From Mytilus californianus (lineage: Eukaryota): a stretch of DNA of 64,000 bases. The position numbers and the translations under genes are program-made. Positions 61,591 through 64,000 of the stretch are shown here, piece by piece. Within the stretch, counting starts at the first letter, position 1. Each line of letters begins with the position of its first letter. The stretch lies in assembly GCF_021869535.1 (NCBI RefSeq), contig NW_026262637.1:3844001-3908000 (forward strand), read 5' to 3'. The notes below the pieces were generated by a model, which was not told the origin of the DNA, did not search any database, and saw only the letters and a list, made by a program, of their open reading frames with translations.

Positions 61591-62898
61591 ACTATTATTC
61601 AGACGTTTTATATATACCGTACGTATATATATATATATATACCTACAAAGCGCCCACAAATTAATGAAATAAAAATATATTTGTTCTGTCTGTATGAACC
61701 AATTAAGAGCTAACAAATCTAAGAATATATGTATACGTTGAACATGTAAAGGAATATTTTCAATTTACAAATATACCGAAAATATGTATGTTCCATTAAC
61801 TGTTTATTTCCTCTCATTAAACAAGCGTCTTTAAATTAGTACATGTTTGAGACATTGAACTAGTTTACCGATTTACTTTATTAGGCATATTGAATGTACC
61901 TTTTATGTACATTTTGATTATCCAATGATCAATATTAACAAGGGGAGGGTTGAGATCTATTCCCCTCATTTTTACGTGTCTGTCTAAAAGCTAGGCACAT
62001 TGTTAGTCGTTGTCTTATGATATATTGTTTTTTCTTTCTTTTTTTATGTTGATGTTAGATCTTTTATAGTTTCTATTTATATAAAAATAAAGGGATGTGG
62101 CCTTTTGACAATAAGAGATTTATCAATACAGACCAAATGACCAAGCTTTGAATAATAACAGGTTACCGCACGGCTATTTACAATGAGTAAAGCCCATACA
62201 TTACATGAGTAAGCATTAAAATGTCCAGGTTTTTAATTTATCAACAACCAGCTTTGACTGGGGACGATAATAATTATTTCCTATATAGCGACATGTCTAT
62301 TGTTTGAATCCTTATGGCAACATCAGCAAAAGTCATCAATTGTATAATAATGCCCTCTAAATGATTATTTACTATATAGCGACATGTCTATTGTTTGCAT
62401 CCTTATGGAAACTTCAGCAAAAGTCATGAATTGTATAATAATACCTTCTAAATGACGTTCGGTTATTGCTAGCTTTTGATTGCTGTCTCTTTGACAAATA
62501 CTTCAAATCTCCATTTAATGATACAATTATATTATACAGAGAAGTCTCAAATCCGTGTAAAGGTTCAAAAATACAAATGTATGATTTGGTGAATTTCTGT
62601 GAAATGTTTGAATAAAAACAACATAGCTAACTTCAACAATTGACATCATAAAGTGATATTTGTATTGTATCCATGATAATGATACTAAGTTTCTCTCTAT
62701 TATCAATTCTAATAGAAAATGTCATCTTCGCCAGGGAATTATTATTCGTGTTATACCATTATATCCTGCTTGATTGATTTCATAAACAGATAACATGAAA
62801 TGCACACTTTACAAACAATATAAATGTTAATGCATATTACAATAAATGCATGTGCGTGTCTCTTCGCGTAGGATCTTTTCCAACGAAATGCCACAAAA

Positions 62899-63546
62899 AT
62901 GAATGGGCTTATTTTAAAGTTGTACAGTATTTTCATTTTGACTCTACAAACAGATGGTTTCATTTTACCAAACCAGACCGAATTCCACAGTATACAAGAT
63001 GTTTGCATGAATGATATATTCAGCTTTGATTTTTTGACTCGAAGGAGCAATGGCCTGTTAGTGCATTTAGAGTCCAACAACAGCAAACAGCATCAATTTA
63101 CGGTAACTATTGAAGATGGTGAGTTGGTATTCACTTATCGGAAAAATAGTAAAAACAGATCTTCTATAATACCCTATGATGACGCAGAAATGGTCAACAA
63201 ATGGAACGACAACCGCTGGCATAAGTTGATAGTAGAACGGACTTTAGATGAAGGAAAGTATGTTTCAGTAAAAGTGCTTGTAGATGAACAGATTCATAGA
63301 CTTGATTCTGTAATAGAAGTGAAGGGGCATGTTCTGGGATCAAATGATGTTTACCTTGGTGAAACCCCTTATGCTGATGTTAAAAATGCCATTTACATAA
63401 ACTGTAATTGTTTAAAAATGTATTTGAAAATCGGAGAAGACAGGAGCGAAGTCGACAAATGTTGCCAGGAGATTAAAAGGAAAAATAGAGAGACTAAAAA
63501 ATGTGATGGAGTCCTCGGAAAGATCAAATGCAGAAATCGTGAGTAG
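62899..63546 (+). CDS. Secreted single laminin-G/LNS-domain protein with a Cys-rich basic tail, 215 aa
   Basis: Signal-peptide-like N-terminus; FDFLTRRSNGLL, IEDGEL, NDNRWHKLIVER, VLVD and VYLG follow the LamG pattern; uninterrupted 648-nt ORF in AT-rich DNA. Confidence 0.75.
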   Translation: MNGLILKLYSIFILTLQTDGFILPNQTEFHSIQDVCMNDIFSFDFLTRRSNGLLVHLESNNSKQHQFTVTIEDGELVFTYRKNSKNRSSIIPYDDAEMVNKWNDNRWHKLIVERTLDEGKYVSVKVLVDEQIHRLDSVIEVKGHVLGSNDVYLGETPYADVKNAIYINCNCLKMYLKIGEDRSEVDKCCQEIKRKNRETKKCDGVLGKIKCRNRE

Positions 63547-64000
63547 TAAATTATACATTTGTATACATGTAGTAAAACTAAAAAAGGCCAATATTTAAAA
63601 GCGCATATTATTCTTTAACCCACAGCACCATTCGCCAGCAATCAAAAACGTACAAAAATGAAATGTATTAGCATCTTAATCAAACACAGATATCACTTCT
63701 TCAAACAATTATTATACGTCTTTCTTTGGAAAATTGCTGTACCAAGTCAGCAAAATGACAGTTGTTTTCCTTTCGTTTCGTTGGTTGTTCAAGTTTAATG
63801 TTTGTTTTTGTCAGTTTTTATGGACTTCCCCCTTTTTGAATTTTCATCGGACATAATATAGCAATTCGAATGTACAAAAAAAAAAATAATAAGTTGAGGG
63901 ATTTGTCAAATGTTATAAGGTCTTCATCATTTATATTGATACGAATAATTATTCAATTCCTTGAAATAGAAATAAACAAATACGTCTAGAAAATAGTCAC

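Noticed and set aside
61591-61716. N-terminal 40 aa of the GIY-YIG ORF as a real protein start
   Set aside because: It runs through a (TA)n microsatellite (YIYIYI); the ORF is only open by chance beyond the 5' truncation point.
47341-62450. Two-copy local duplications (66 bp at 47341/47407; 91 bp at 62281/62372)
   Set aside because: Ordinary slippage duplications with no structure or context suggesting function.

Overview
AT-rich animal genomic DNA with spliceosomal introns. The repeat families resemble those of a bivalve mollusc (Mytilus-like; inference). Genes: (1) the 5' end of a minus-strand VPS13/chorein-N-like gene (94-nt first coding exon at 982-889, too short for the ORF track); (2) a complete six-coding-exon CLYBL (citrate lyase beta-like/citramalyl-CoA lyase) gene, 10369-27496, 351 aa; (3) a single-CDS-exon cGAS-like/Mab-21 nucleotidyltransferase (cGLR) with an intact catalytic triad, 37655-39133; (4) an intronless class A GPCR broken by one nonsense codon and one frameshift, 50507-49349; (5) a small secreted laminin-G protein, 62899-63546. 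The rest is satellites, MITEs, foldback palindromes, and Harbinger, CR1-type and Penelope-like (PLE) relics. Two observations stand out. First, a 541-bp head-to-tail array (58466-60429) carries three intact minimal type-I hammerhead ribozymes on the minus strand, i.e. a retrozyme-like circRNA-producing unit. It lies just downstream of a PLE GIY-YIG endonuclease fragment, and degenerate hammerheads occur elsewhere in the window. Second, a 61-bp satellite in CLYBL coding intron 1 is a roughly 33-fold tandem amplification of the gene's own 3' splice site plus exon start, so about 30 decoy acceptors sit upstream of the real one. All calls were made by eye; no database search was run.
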